NCBI RefSeq assembly: GCF_006345805.1
Contig: NW_021832827.1
Location: 1-39,793, forward strand
Direction of reading: 5' to 3'
DNA: 39,793 nucleotides
DNA from: Octopus sinensis
Lineage: Eukaryota
In this document: in pieces, positions 12,706 to 26,594 of the stretch
Position numbering within the stretch: the stretch's first letter is position 1
Layout: each line of letters begins with the position of its first letter
Position numbers and translations under genes: made by a program
The notes under the pieces: generated by a model
Told to the model about the DNA's origin: nothing
Seen by the model: the letters and a program-made list of their open reading frames with translations, nothing else
The model's database searches: none

Positions 12706-12952
12706 ATTCTGTTTTGTTGTTCGAGGACCGCAATTTCCAAAATGTTAATAACTTCCTCGAAATTGTTGCAGATGGCTGACACCAGCCATCGTGCTTCTAT
12801 TTCAGGGGGCACATATTTAGTATTTATTTTTCTAACCATACAACCTAGGTACCTAGAAATCATTAGTCCGATGAAAAATTAAAAAATTAAAATGTATTAG
12901 CAAGAGGCACACGCTGGATTGGCCTCGTGTTTATATGTTTAATCTTGGCGTA

Positions 12953-13021
12953 CCTATTGAAGAAGACTTCGCCTAGCAAATTATTTTATTTGCCAAAATA
13001 AGTCAGAAACCATGGTCCAGG
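12953..13021 (+). ncRNA. Type I hammerhead-like motif
   Basis: CCTA-TTGAAGA-A-GACTT...AAGTC-A-GAAA-CCATGG-TC^CAGG; palindromic ACCATGGT helix III, GUC site, one core mismatch (C to T). Confidence 0.6.
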
Positions 13022-13251
13022 AAATAGAAGGTAAATGTTTTTATTTTTCATTCTCTTCGAGAATTTATCCCTAATTAGCAGTTTTTCTAGCGTAAAGGAT
13101 TCCTATGATGGAAACCTCTTAATGTGCTTAAATGTACACTCTATTTTATATGAATAATATATCGTCTATACGCTAGGCCACTGGCAGTAAAAATTTCTAA
13201 AATCTTTATTACCCTGGTATTATTAATTATATATATATATATATATATATA

Positions 13252-13300
<49 letters not shown>

Positions 13301-13563
13301 CCTTAATATTTCCTAAAATGGTTTGAGGTGTGTTTAGTTTTATAGCATTACCCTCCTTAGATAAAAGGGATCTTGTTTTCATTAGTTGTGGGGTAAATGA
13401 AAAACTCGTTTCCTTTGCCTCAGAATTGAAGGTGGTGGTGGTAGTAGTAGTAGTGGAGATGTTGGTGGCAGCGGTGGTACCAATAGACATTTGTTCATTC
13501 TTCTTGCATTCTTTTCCCACTTGCTTGCTCGGAAAGCTGGTGTCAGTATGTGTGCTGACGTGA

Positions 13564-13780
13564 GGCGGCGAGCTGGCAGAAACGTTAGCGCACCGGGCGA
13601 AATGCTTAGCGGTATTTCGTCTGTCGTTACGTTCTGAGTTCAAATTCCGCCGAGGTCGACTTTGCCTTTCATCCTCTCGGGGTCGATAAAAAAGTACTAG
13701 TTTCGCACTATAATCGGCTTAATTACTTTGTCCTTGTTTGTCCTCTCTGTGTTTAGCCCCTTGTGGGTAGTAAAGAAGTA
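13564..13780 (+). mobile_element. SINE group C, full length, 17-bp TSD
   Basis: A box-like AGCTGGCAGAA, B box GAGTTCAAATTCC, GCCTTTCATCCT-GGGGTCGATAAA-AGTAC block; TSD AGTATGTGTGCTGACGT at 13545-13561 and 13781-13797. Confidence 0.92.
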
Positions 13781-13814
13781 AGTATGTGTGCTGACGTTGA
13801 TCAACTGTGTGTGT

Positions 13815-13865
<51 letters not shown>

Positions 13866-14308
13866 CGGCAATACTTGCAGCGTTCGGTGTGTTTCAACCA
13901 TGTAGGACGGCGGAACGTTGGCAGAGTCAGACAAGTTATCCGTTTTTCAGGACAGATTGAAATTTTTTTTAAACTGAAATTTCAAATAAGAAAATACACC
14001 CTCAAAGGGTGATTTTCGTGAGAACTGTTTACTCACATTAAAACCGATGTTGTTAACCAACTGTTGGCAAAAATTTAATATAATACACATAAATAGATAC
14101 GAAAAATTGTTTAGACTTATGCAGACGAAAACGACAACAATCGATCAGATATATATATATGTATATATATATATATATCACGTGATCACGTGACCGACCA
14201 GTCCATCAGATGTAGTTACACATCGCTGGTCACAATGCGTTCGCATTGTTTTAGCCTTCGAATGACGCCACCCCGCTGGCTGAGCGAGCAGGCCATGTTA
14301 TATATATA

Positions 14309-14460
<152 letters not shown>

Positions 14461-14462
14461 AG

Positions 14463-14825
14463 ATATGTTTCTTTATTAGCCACACAGGGCTGCACACAAA
14501 CGGGACAGATTACAAAGTAGAGCTTTTCTTTTTTGGGAAAAAAAAGGTGGGTTAAGTTTTCGATCAAAAAGGTAAGAAGAAAAAAAAGAAAAAGAAACAA
14601 AGGAAAAGGAAGAAAAAAAACGATCAATAGGGATCGTGTATCACAGTGTTATGATATATGGTGTAAAGGGGGAAGCAGATGAGGTTTATCTGTGGGAAGA
14701 AAAGCCTACGAAAAAGACCACGGTAACCTTGGTCAATATTGTTATATGTTACCACATTTGTTTGCAAGTAGGTAACCCTCTGTTTTAAATTTCCGGGTTC
14801 ATAGGATTATGCTCAAGGTGGCTTC
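14463..14825 (-). mobile_element. Tx1-like LINE 3' UTR fragment next to (GATA)n
   Basis: Homologous to 16531-16965; minus-strand AATAAA followed by (TATC)n. Confidence 0.85.
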
Positions 14826-15068
14826 ACAGGCAGGTATACAGACAGACAAACATATGGACTTTTACAGATGTGTGTATATGTCTGTGTGTGTGTGTGTGTG
14901 CCTGCACAGCGAGTATACACATATAGGTGTGTTTGAAATTGATCCGGAAATCGACAGACCTCCCACCGAATTGTATTTGCAAACACAGCATGATGTTAAA
15001 ACAAACGATTCTGACTCAGTTTGCTTTGTTGTAAACGGAAAATTATATATTTGTATACACGAACGTGC

Positions 15069-15603
15069 GTACGTATGTTTGTACGTATGTTTGTATGTAT
15101 GTATGTTTGTATGTATGTATGTATGTATGTATGTATGTATGTATGTATGTATGTATGTATGTATGTTTGTATGTATGTATGTATGTATGTATGTATGTAT
15201 GTTTGTATGTATGTATGTATGTTTGTATGTATGTATGTATGTATGTATGTATGAATGTATGTAAGTATGTTTGTATGTATGTATGTATGTATGTATGTAT
15301 GTATGCATGCATGCATGTATGTATGTATGTAAGTATGTATGTATGTATGTATGTATGTATGTATGTATGTATGTATGTTTGTATGTATGTTTGTATGTAT
15401 GTATGTTTGTATGTATGTATGTATGTATGTATGTATGTATGAATGTATGCATGTAAGTATGTATGTATGTATTTATTTATGTATGTATGTATGTATGTGT
15501 GTATGTATGTATGTATGTATGTATGTGTGTATGTGTGTATGTATTTATTTATGTATGTATGTATGTATGTAGGTAGGTAGATAAGGTAGTTAGGTAGGTA
15601 GGT
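15069..15603. repeat. (TATG)n tetranucleotide microsatellite
   Basis: About 530 bp of GTAT units with GTTT/GCAT variants, grading into (GGTA)n. Confidence 0.97.
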
Positions 15604-15671
15604 ATATGCAGATATGCATCTATATTTTATAGATTTTTATAGTTCTATCTATCGATGTATCTAATAAATAA

Positions 15672-15707
<36 letters not shown>

Positions 15708-16495
15708 TGCTATGCATGTTAACATATAGCTATATATGTCAGCTTGCATATATATTATATATTTGTGCATATGTATATATTTGTACATTTGTGTATGTAT
15801 GTAGCTATGTATATATATATATATATTTGTATAGAGACGGGCAGATTGAGATAGCGAAATAGAAAAAGAGAGAAAGAAGAGAAAGGAGAGAGAAAAGGGA
15901 AAGAGAGAGCGAGCAAGAGAGAGAGAGAGAAATAGGGGCGGGGAAAGACAGACGAGGTGATTTAGATCGATAAAGATGTAAATACATCGATACGCCAAAC
16001 AAAGGTGAAAGAGACAGATGCGACAAGAGAGTGATTTCATTGGTAAAAAAAATAAAATAAATCAACGGTAAATATAATGGCGGAAAAAGGAACGCAAATA
16101 AATGAAAAGGAAAACTAACATGGTTTCCATGTTTCCACTTCCGGAAAATACTGACGGAAGCTAAGTGGCGAGTTATCATTAAGCCTCGTATATAAATAAA
16201 CAATGATAGGAGCGTCAACGATGACAGCAACTTCAGAACAGTTCTGCATCATTTGAGTTCAAAGAATTTCGTAGATTGATAAACGGTGTCAATGGTGATA
16301 TATCTGCTGCAGCCTTTTTATGTGTTTGTTAAATTTACTGTGGATGAGGAGGTTGGGGTAGGTAGAAGAGCATAAAAGTGGAGTTACGGTGTAGAGAATG
16401 AGGTGGGAGTGTGCTTGTGTGTCTGTGAGTTAAGCGAAAGAGTAACAGCAGACGACAGGTAGATAGAGATAGACAGGGAGAGAGAGAGAGATAGG

Positions 16496-16530
<35 letters not shown>

Positions 16531-16533
<3 letters not shown>

Positions 16534-16603
16534 TGTTTCTTTATTAGCCACACGGGCTGCACACAGATAGAACAAATTACAAGGTAGAGCTTTTCTTTTG
16601 AAG

Positions 16604-16637
<34 letters not shown>

Positions 16638-17655
16638 AAAGGAAGGGGAGTTTCGATCAAAAGGGATCGTAAAAGGAGAGAAAGAGGACAAAAGAAAGGG
16701 GGTTAAAAAAAAAAAAAAAAAAAAAAAGGGGGGGAGAGGAAAAAAAATTGATCAATAGGGATCGTTATCACAGAAATGTCAATATGAAGTGTTAAGGGGA
16801 GGACAGGTGAGGTTTACCCGTGGAAAGAAAAGCCTACGGAAAAGACCACGGTAACCTCGGTCAATGAACACATTTTATATTTCTTTTTTTTTTTTTTTTT
16901 TTTTGCAAATAAGCAACTCTCTGTTTTCGATTTCTGGTTCATAGGACTATGCTCAAGGTGGCTTCGTCATTCATACGTGCCATTCTTGCTACATTCACCC
17001 ATCTTTTTTTTAAAACATTCGCTAGACAAAACTTGCCTCTCTACTCTCACTTTCCTTTTCAAGTGGTACTTGAAGAAGTTGATGAGAGATTGACCAGAGA
17101 GGAAAGTGTTTGTCTCCAATCCTTTCAGACGCGTCCACCAGATGCATTCTTTCGCCATAGCCACAAGGATGATGAAAATAGCTCTTCCTTCCCGTTTGAA
17201 GGAAGGAGGCGTGACAATATTGACGATAGACTCAGCTGATAAACCGACTCGTCCCACACGTGACAGCAGTTGTTCGACATAAGCCCACAGTCGGAAATTG
17301 TTGGACACTGAACGAGTGCGTGCAGAACGGTTTCGTCGCTCTGACCGCATCTCGGGCAGGTCGGCCCCGTGTTTCTCGAGCCGTGTCTGTAGAGCTTATC
17401 CCGAACGGGTAGCGCTTCTCGGTAGCACTGCCAGGCCAGGGATCTCTGGAAGTTGTCCATGGGCCCTGGCCCGAAAGTCGTCCCGAACAGGCGGGTCAGG
17501 TTCTCCTCGTCGACGTCCAGGTTCGCCCCGAGCTCGTCGTCGTACCTCCCCTCCACTAAACCCCTATAGAATGCTTTGGTTGTGTTGAAGTCACTTAAGG
17601 TCGACCCAGGACGGCAGAGTTGCTTGAGAGCAACGCGACACTCGCGGTGCCATTC
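16531..17655 (-). mobile_element. 5'-truncated Tx1/L1-type LINE (ORF2 C-terminal zinc knuckle and 3' UTR)
   Basis: LAWQCYREALPVRDKL...CPRCGQSDETVLHALVQC (zf-RVT-type CCHC); AATAAA at the 3' end; (GATA)n at both junctions. Confidence 0.92.
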
Positions 17656-17779
17656 AGATAGATAGATAGATAGACAGAGACAAACAGGGAGATATAGCAG
17701 ATAGACAGAATACAGACGGAAAGATAGATAGTTAGATAAATAGATATATCGATAGACTGTCAGACAGATAGACAGATAT

Positions 17780-17845
<66 letters not shown>

Positions 17846-17871
17846 TATTATATATATATATATATATAAAT

Positions 17872-17933
<62 letters not shown>

Positions 17934-17981
17934 GAAGATAGATACATAATGAGGCAGATAGATACATAGATAGATAGATAA

Positions 17982-18068
<87 letters not shown>

Positions 18069-18362
18069 TATAGACAGACAGACAGATAGACAGACAGATA
18101 GATAGATACATAGATAGATAGATAGAGAGACAAACAGACAGATAGATAGATAAATAGACGGACAGACAGACAGATAGATAGATTTATTGATTGGCAGAAA
18201 ACTGCTGCATAGGATCATAAATGGATACGTGCATAAACACACACTAACAGGTAGATATACAGAGATATCAGAGAGATATCAGAGAGAGAGAGAGAGAGAG
18301 AGACAAAGAGATAAATAGATTGACAGATAGATGTAGAGAGAGAGTTGGAGGTGAATGAAGGT

Positions 18363-18398
<36 letters not shown>

Positions 18399-18400
18399 TG
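17656..18400. repeat. Compound (GATA)n/(GACA)n/(TA)n/(GA)n microsatellite
   Basis: Directly visible. Confidence 0.95.
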
Positions 18401-18502
18401 AAGATAAAGAAAGGGAATTCAAAACTGTGTGGTTATCTTTGTGTTTTTCAGAGAGGGAGTAAGAAAGAGTGAGAGTGACATGAAGGCTGTTGGAATATTT
18501 AT

Positions 18503-18937
18503 TCTCTTTTACTCTTTTACTTGTTTCAGTCATTTGACTGCGGCCATGCTGGAGCACCGCCTTTAGTCGAACAAATCGACCGCCGGACTTATTCTTTTGT
18601 AAGCTTAGTACTTATCTATCGGTCCGTTTTGCCGAACTGCTAGGTTACGGGGACTTAAACATACCAGCATCGGTTGTCAAGCGATGTTGGGGGCACAAAC
18701 ATATACACACACAAACATATACACACACAAACATATTCACACACATACATATTCACACACATACATATACATATACATATATACGACGGGATTCCATCTA
18801 CCAAATCCACTCACAAGGCTTTGGTCGGCCCTAGTCTATAGTAGAAGATACTTGCCCAAGGTACCACGCAGTGGGACTGAACCTGGAATCATGTGGTTCG
18901 TAAGCTAACTACTTAGCACACAGCCACTCCTGCGCCT
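18503..18937 (-). mobile_element. SINE group A, near full length
   Basis: Reverse complement of 1327-1748 with a longer internal CA/TA tract. Confidence 0.9.
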
Positions 18938-19042
18938 ATGAATATGTGTGTGTGTGTGCTGGCGCGTGTGTGTATGTGTGTTTGTGTGTGTGTGTGTGTA
19001 ATATGGGCATATGTGTTTGCGTGTGTAAAAACCTATATGTAC

Positions 19043-19136
<94 letters not shown>

Positions 19137-19981
19137 GTATGCTTACGTGTATGTATGTGCGCGAAGTCTCTGATATATGTGAAGAGATGTGCATGTGTGT
19201 ATATATGTCTGTATGTATATGTATACGTCTGTGTAATCTCTGATATACGTGTGAATCTATATGTGTATGTGTGTTTCAGTGTTGTGTGAAGTGTATATGT
19301 ATGTATGCATGTGTGTATGCGTGTGTGTGTTTCCACATGTGTATATGTGTACGGTGGTTTGGGCTTATATGTATGTGATTATCGGTGTGTGTGTATGTGT
19401 CTGTGTATGTACTCTTATGTATGTATGTATGTATGTATGTAGGTATGTATGTATGTATGTATGTATGTATGCGTATATGTGTGTGTGCGTAAGTGCGTGA
19501 ACAGTAATGAGTGTAGATCTACATAAGTCCCATTGCGTCCGTGCGCGCATGCGTGTGCGTATGCATGTGTGTGTGTGTGTGCATGTATGTATGCGTGTGT
19601 GGTGTGTGCATGTGTGTGTTTACGTGTGTCTCGTGTGTGTTTGCTGCCGTGATTGTTTTCAAGAGCGGATAAAGAATAATGGATTGTGCAGTAACATGAC
19701 TTTCGATTGCAAGAGATAAAACAATGTAAATATTGGGGAAACACACACACACACACGCCAGCCATCACACACACACACACACAAAAACAAACACCCCTTC
19801 TTACACACATGCATACGCAAGCATATAAATACACACACACATCGATGTGTATTTAAGGGGAAAGACTCAGACAGATATACAATTACTAGACAGAGAAACA
19901 AAAATAGACACAGACAGACAGACATACATACAAACAGACAGACAGACCAATAGATAGATAGATAGATAGAGAGAGATAGAG

Positions 19982-20046
<65 letters not shown>

Positions 20047-20075
20047 TAGAGAGATAGATAGATAGATAGATAGAT

Positions 20076-20139
<64 letters not shown>

Positions 20140-20214
20140 CTATCTTGGTCGCTACATGATCAGATACACAGATAGACAGATAGATAGACAGTCAGACATA
20201 CAGATAGATAGATA

Positions 20215-21659
20215 ACTTCATTTATTGGCCACACAGGGCGGAACACAGAAGGGACAAATACAAATGTAGAGCCTTTCTTTTCAAAAATGAAAAAGAAAAA
20301 GGAAAAAAAAGGGATCAAATGTAAAATTCCGATCAAAAGGGATCGGGGAAAAAACAGAAACGATCAAAAGGGATCGTGTATCACAGAAGAATTTTAAAAA
20401 GTTAAAAAGCGAGATTAGGTTTATCTTTGTAAAGAAAAGCCTACGGAAAAAAGACCACGGTAACCTCAGGCAGGGAGAGAATAAACCCATGAGAGCAAAG
20501 TGCTCTCTGTTTTTTCGATTTACAGGATCATGCTCAAAGTGGTTTCGTCACTCGCACGCAGCATCCTTGCTACATTCACCCACTTATTTTTAAACTTTCG
20601 CGAGACAAAACCTGCCTCTCCATTCTCACCTTCCTTTTCAAGTGATACTTGAAAAAGTTGATGAGCGATTGGCCAGAGAGGTAAGTGTTTGTCTCTAATC
20701 CTTTCGCTCGAGTCCACCACACACATTCTTTCACCACGGCCACCAGTCCGATGAAGAATGTTCTGCCTTCCCGTTTGAGGGAAGGTGGCGGTGCAATTTT
20801 CACGATAGACTCGGCCGACAAGCGGACTCGTCCCACACCTGATAGCAGCCGTTCGGCATAAGCCCACAGGTTCGAAATGGTTGGACATTGCACAAGTGCG
20901 TGCAGAACGGTTTCGTCGCTCTGATTGCGTCTCAGGCAATTAGGTCCGGTGTGTCTCGAACCGTGCCTGTAGAGCTTATCCCGAACAGGTAATGCTTCCC
21001 GATAACACTGCCAGGCTAGGGTTCTATGGTAATTGTCCATAAGTCCCGGCCCGAAAGTTGTCCTGAACAGGCGGGTCAGGTGTTCCACGTCGACGCCCAG
21101 ATTCTACGGAGAACGTCGTTGCACCTGCTTTTCACTAATCCTCTATAGAACGCCTTTGTTGTAATGAAGTCGCACAAGTTTGGTCTCGGACGGCAGAATT
21201 ACTTGAGAGCAATACGACACTTGCGGTGCCATTCGCCTAGTCTCGGTCACACTTTGATCTACGACTGCAGTTAGGTCAAGGAGACGATCTGCGGGAAAGC
21301 GCGCCGCACAAACGGCCACCACACCTGTTCACCGTCGTCTATGAAGCGCCGGAGATGTCGTAATCTCAGCGCATGCCTGCGCATCATCAACAACGGCATG
21401 CCTAGCACTCCATTTAGCGGGTGTTGACAGCAAATGGATTACCTAACCATCGGAACGCTTCCCTTCCACAAGAATCGGAAGAGTATGCGCTCCAGTTAGG
21501 TGATGGTAGGTCGGGACAAGGCACGACGGTCAGACGGTACTGATTGATGCGATGTACGCGTTTGCCACCTCCGCACGACCTTTTAGGGATAGCTTCCTCT
21601 CCGCCCATTGCTGGGTGAGAGTGGCTACCCTAGTCGTTATTTCGCCGCAGTTCTTCTCC

Positions 21660-21660
<1 letters not shown>
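20215..21660 (-). mobile_element. 5'-truncated Tx1/L1-type LINE, diverged subfamily
   Basis: WAERKLSLKGRAEVANAYI, a GGLG-type block, CLRRNQSDETVLHALVQC, 3' UTR with AATAAA; (GATA)n at ~19950-20214 and 21661-21747. Confidence 0.92.
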
Positions 21661-21747
<87 letters not shown>

Positions 21748-21819
21748 GGGGAAACGGGTCGATATAGCTATCAGTTAGACAACTATAGATAGACAAAGTG
21801 TCTGGCACATATATGTTCG

Positions 21820-22020
21820 TTTCAAATTTTGTCACAAGGCCAACAATTTCGGGAAAGGGCAGAAGTTAATTACATCGACTCCAGTGTTCAGCTGGTACTT
21901 ATTTTATCGACCCCGAAAATACGAATCGATATTGGTTCAATTTGAATTCAGAACGTGAAGATGGATAAAATGACGATAAGCATTTTGACCGGTGCGCTAA
22001 CGATTCTGCCAACTTGCCGC
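21820..22020 (-). mobile_element. SINE group C, older subfamily with a different tail
   Basis: CTGGTACTTATTTTATCGACCCCGAAA and GCTAACGATTCTGCCA match 11450-11580. Confidence 0.8.
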
Positions 22021-22539
22021 TTTTGCTGGTTCACATATATTAATAACAGTTTGACTGAATTGTATAAGACTAAAAGTTTCTAGGACGCTTAGGGCGGATC
22101 TTTTTAATCTGATACTGGGAGAATAGTTAGGGATTAAGAGAAATTCAAGATAGCTTCCCGTTGCTAGTTCTCTTTTGGTCAGATCAGATCGCATGGCTTT
22201 ATTGCTGTAGAAGTGACACCGTTTTTTTTTTATTCATAGGCTCTCGTGGCCGCCAGACATGATTCTGGCAGGGAGCTGTCGCCAGTTTGGTGGAAGGCTG
22301 CGATATTGCGTATATAGCGACATCAGTTCATTGCATTTGGCACCACACATGTTGCTGTACGCTACTGTCGCGGGTTAGCTCTGTCGTCGTTCAGTGCTAT
22401 ACCAAACTTGCAGACGCAGTTTGACCGAGGGACAAATCAAATTTGGCGCTGTTGGGTTAAAAATGAGGCCGGATTATCGACATAAGTTGAAATTTACGTG
22501 TGGTAGGGATTAAATGCCCAGTCCTTATGTTGGAGGTAG

Positions 22540-24175
22540 TTTTGTTTATTTAGATTGTCAGCTGCTAGTAGTGGCTTGTGGTTCATTAACAGAGCGTACT
22601 TCTGGTGGAAACAATAAGAAAGCTCATTCTTTCTGTTGATGGATTTTGCAGGTTCGTGGAGAATGTGTAGTTTCTCACAGAAGCGATTGCGAGTTACAGG
22701 TAAGTAAAGCTGAACCCATGTCAATGATACGCTTTTCCCTTTTCGGGAAGACATTACGATGGCAGCGGAATCTCAAGATAAAACGGGACAGGTGCTGGAG
22801 TTTTCTGTATTTCAGCGTCTTAACGAATGCATGTGCTGTGCATAACTTCTCTTAGAGGTATTGTCTCCAATGCCCGTGTAGTATGTTGTAATTGTATCGG
22901 ATGGTGTAAGGTGGGGCTCTAAATACTATTGTCTTTGAGATGTAGGACTCTCTAAGCTGTTTGTTGGTAGGATTTTGGCGGTTACAGGCTGAAGTGTAGG
23001 TAGGTGACTGTGTAGGTGTGTTTACGTCCACTGTAGCAAGCAATATTTAAAGCTTTAACTAACTGACCGTTACATTGTGATGATTGAAGAGTTTATAATT
23101 CATATGAATTGTCGGGGAATATTTCTGAAATAAATGCTTGGAATCTCGAGCTACAGTAGTTGAAACTTTTAGGTTAAAAGGTGGATTGAACCAGACTATT
23201 TTTCTATCTTTCGGTCTTTTCAGTTTCGTGGATGGAGTTGGGGAGCCCTCCACATATATAGAAACTTCTCAATTAATGCACTCCTTGCTAATACCTCGTT
23301 ATGATAGGGGTGGTCATGTCGAAAATCTCTGTCAACAGAGAGTTTAGGAATTCTTCATATGCCTGTCACCATATTTCTAGTTATAGCTGACGGGGTGGGA
23401 ATTTCTATGGATGCAAACATTTTCACTGTTTGAATGTTTGTAAGAGTGATACTTGCAGGTCTTCATGTCTAGCATTAGGTACAAGGAGTTGACCTTTGTA
23501 AATTGTTACTAATTGTTATAGATAAGCCGAATATTTTGAAAAGTTTTATTGGATCTCCCCTGAACTTGTTCATGGCGTGCCCGTACATATAGCTTGACAC
23601 CTCTTGACCCTTGTCTATATAGAGGGTTGAGCTAAGGAAGTGTGCGTTTTCTAGGAATATCCAGGATAAATAACCCGACGAAGTCAGCGGGCTCAGCCTC
23701 GACAAAGGTTCCCGAAGATACGTCAAACATTCGCCTCACCTTTTTCCCCTGTTGCAATCATTGTGAGCAGGGTCTGAATTTCTAGCATGATTATTCTGAT
23801 ATGGAGGTGGCTGAATTTGGGAAATTGCCTACCAAAGTCTAAGGCCTTTAGGCGGTAGGATTTTGATATTCAAGGGTAGAAATCCACGATATTCAACTGA
23901 GAGAACTTGTAGGTTGCTTTGTCCATGATGCTGCGAGAGTAGCAGATGAATGTGGTGCTACAATCTCATTGAATCAACTCCGTACTTTTTCTAATACCAG
24001 AGTTGCTCGCATTAGGAAAGCACTTGCTTGCAAATGCCTATTTCTCTCGTAAGTGGGTTAATCAGCGTATATTTAGGTTCAGAAAAGAAGTTGGGTTAAT
24101 GCCCCTTAAGCATGATAACGGAGGAGCACGTGGCTAAGGGTCGTCCACATAGTCCTCTGTGCTTTAAAGGGTGGC
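22540..24175 (-). mobile_element. Decayed Penelope-like element, RT through GIY-YIG (Naiad-like)
   Basis: IMLKGH*PNF..LINP, QLNIVDFYP*IS, FDVSSGTFVEAEPADFVGLFIL, LYIDKG (decayed YRDDG), RKIVWFNPPF..KLFNHHNVTVS and EKLHIL..INRKNELSYCFHQ occur in PLE order. Confidence 0.85.
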
Positions 24176-24647
24176 ATAACGAGCAGAATCCTGCATCATG
24201 TCCAGTACATTGTGGAGGATATTTTCACGAGATATGCTAATAGCATTGACAATTTGATTTGTAGTCAATCACCTGTTATCCATCAGCAAATGGTGAACAC
24301 AATCGATGTTTCCCTCGGGGGTGGTAGTTGCAGTACGTCAAGACTTTGAGTCACCTTCAAGACTCTCCCTTCTCCTCCTAAATTCAGATGCCCTCTTTGC
24401 ACTGTTGATAAAGATGAAGCGTCACCCCACTAATGTTGCATGAATGTCCTTGAGGGCTAAACCATTTTTCTGCAGGAAATTGATAGCACCGCGATGCCAA
24501 ATTTGATTGCTTTTCAAGTGAAGTCGCAACAAGCTACTTTTGAAGTTTTCTTTGAACAGCCAGATGCCAGTTTACCTCGAAGGAATGCTGCTATTTAATC
24601 TTGCATGCAAGATTTCACAGCTCTAGTATCGCACGTTCATATTCAAC
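24176..24647 (-). mobile_element. Mariner/Tc1 transposase N-terminal (HTH) remnant
   Basis: RGAINFLQKNGLALKDIHA, a decayed ESLEDDxRSGRP block, NIDCVHHLLMDNR*LTTNQIVNAISIS..NILHNVLDMMQDSAR (just before the WVP motif). Confidence 0.85.
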
Positions 24648-24769
24648 CTATGTATATGTATACGTACGCACATGCATATTTGTATGTGTGCGTGTGTGTA
24701 GTCAATTAGAATAAACTAATAATTCAAATAAATTCTAATAATTCAGGTCAATTCAAATAAACTAATAAT

Positions 24770-24925
24770 AAAATTAACAGACAACAAGAAGACGTGCACA
24801 AGGAATATATTAGCTTAACTCTCGGTAAAAAGAGACTTTTTGACGTTTCGAGCTCTTCGACGGAAAGGAGAAAGGAAAAGTCTAAAGAAGGAAAAGAAAT
24901 CGCCAGCTTCACGAGTGTAGTTTAC
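24770..24925 (-). mobile_element. Short element related to 6243-6446 with a degenerate hammerhead (24836-24868)
   Basis: GACGTTTCGAGCTCTTCGACGGAAAGG versus AACGTTTCGAGCGGAGCTCTTCGTCAG; shared AAATCGCCA downstream. Confidence 0.6.
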
Positions 24926-25536
24926 TGACATACATATATATCATAAATTTTATATCATGTAGCCGTTAGTTATGGTTGATCAGGACTAAACGGAAGCTCA
25001 TAGAACAGTCTGAACCATACCACTATTGGAGCATGCGATGGAAACTATGCTTGGCTTAGAGAGCAAGTATCCTAAAAGATTTAATTGATCTAGGTACCTT
25101 CTTAAATTCAAAAAATGAGGTGATTAGTGGCTGCTCTCATGAGAGAAAATTCATGCTGAAAACATGTCTTTTCCACGGAGCGGACGGAAATCGTACCTAA
25201 ACTAACCCTTTTCGGACTCAATTATAACTGCTCGAAGGGAAGTCACTCCATCACGCCCAGTAGGGGGTTTCGTTTCGAAGAACTCCATTTCAGGGATTGC
25301 TTTTTTTCACAATGTTGCTGACCAAGTCTGTATTTCCACCCCCATTAGGAAAGAGTTTATGTTCCTTTCGCCAGCGTGCTTGGTTACTCCACTGCATTGC
25401 TAAGAACAATAATAGACATGAGTTCAAAATAACCAACCAATATAAAATACTACAGCTAAAAATTATTTCAGTGTGTGCCTTCTTTCGGATAACTGACCGA
25501 TATGTATGTATGTATGTCGGTATGTATTTACGTGTA

Positions 25537-25579
<43 letters not shown>

Positions 25580-25590
25580 TTATATATATA

Positions 25591-25735
25591 GGTACAGACG
25601 TAGATGTGTGGTAAGGAGCTTGCTTCCCAACCACACGGCTCCCGTTCAGTTCCACTCTTGGGCACATTGAGAAAGAATTTTCTACTGAAGCGTCAGGCTG
25701 ATCAAATTTTTTGGATTGATTGCAAGACGGAAATA
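25591..25735 (+). mobile_element. SINE group A 5' half, highly diverged
   Basis: TGTGTGGTAAGGAGCTTGCTTCCCAACCAC...GTTCAGTTCCACT...AGACGGAAA. Confidence 0.7.
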
Positions 25736-25764
25736 AGTGCGTCAGTTACACACACACAGACCTG

Positions 25765-25904
<140 letters not shown>

Positions 25905-25910
25905 ACATAC

Positions 25911-26030
25911 GGTGGCTGTGTGGTAAGTAGCTTGGTTACTAACCACATGGTTCCGTGTTCAGTTTCACTGCGTGACACCTTGTGAATTAATTTGGTAGAC
26001 TGAAACTGAGAGAAGACCATCGTATATATG

Positions 26031-26079
<49 letters not shown>

Positions 26080-26368
26080 GTATGATATATGTATGTATGC
26101 ATGTATGTATGTATGTATGTATGTATCGATGTATGTATGTGTGTGTGTATATGTTTGTGTGTCTGTGTTTGTCCCCCCAACATCGCTTGACAACCGATGC
26201 TGGTGTGTTTATGTCCCCGCAACTCAGCGGTTCGGCCAAAGAGACCGATTAGAATAAGTACTAGGCTTACAAAGAATAAGTCCGGGGGTCGATTTGCTCA
26301 ACTAAAGGCGGTGCTCCAGCAAGGCCATAGTCAAAATGACTGAAACAAGTAAAAGAGAGAAAAAAGAA
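25911..26368 (+). mobile_element. SINE group A with a ~43-bp internal deletion
   Basis: Colinear with 1327-1748 except between the two CCTTG pentamers. Confidence 0.9.
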
Positions 26369-26487
26369 TATACAAACATAGATGTGTGTGTGTGTCGGTC
26401 TGCCTTTGAATCTGTGTTTGTCCCCTGTCACTATGTGTGTGTGTGAATGAGGGGCTTCTGCGTAGTTTCCTTGTAGTTCCAGTTAGT

Positions 26488-26554
26488 TCTTTTATTCTTT
26501 TATTCATTTCAGTCGTATATATATATGTGTAATATTATATATATGTGTAATGTA

Positions 26555-26594
<40 letters not shown>

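Noticed and set aside
14178-14295. Double E-box palindrome TCACGTGATCACGTGA as a regulatory site
   Set aside because: Sits in a short island between TA tracts that looks like a repeat fragment; no gene context.
22540-23050. Selenoprotein-type Naiad (TGA at conserved Cys, SECIS)
   Set aside because: The copy is too decayed; I saw no TGA clearly at a conserved Cys position and no SECIS.
24971-25019. Hammerhead-like TATGG-TTGATCA-GGACT...AGTCT-GAA-CCATA
   Set aside because: Two core mismatches, incomplete GAAA and no helix III; too degraded to call.
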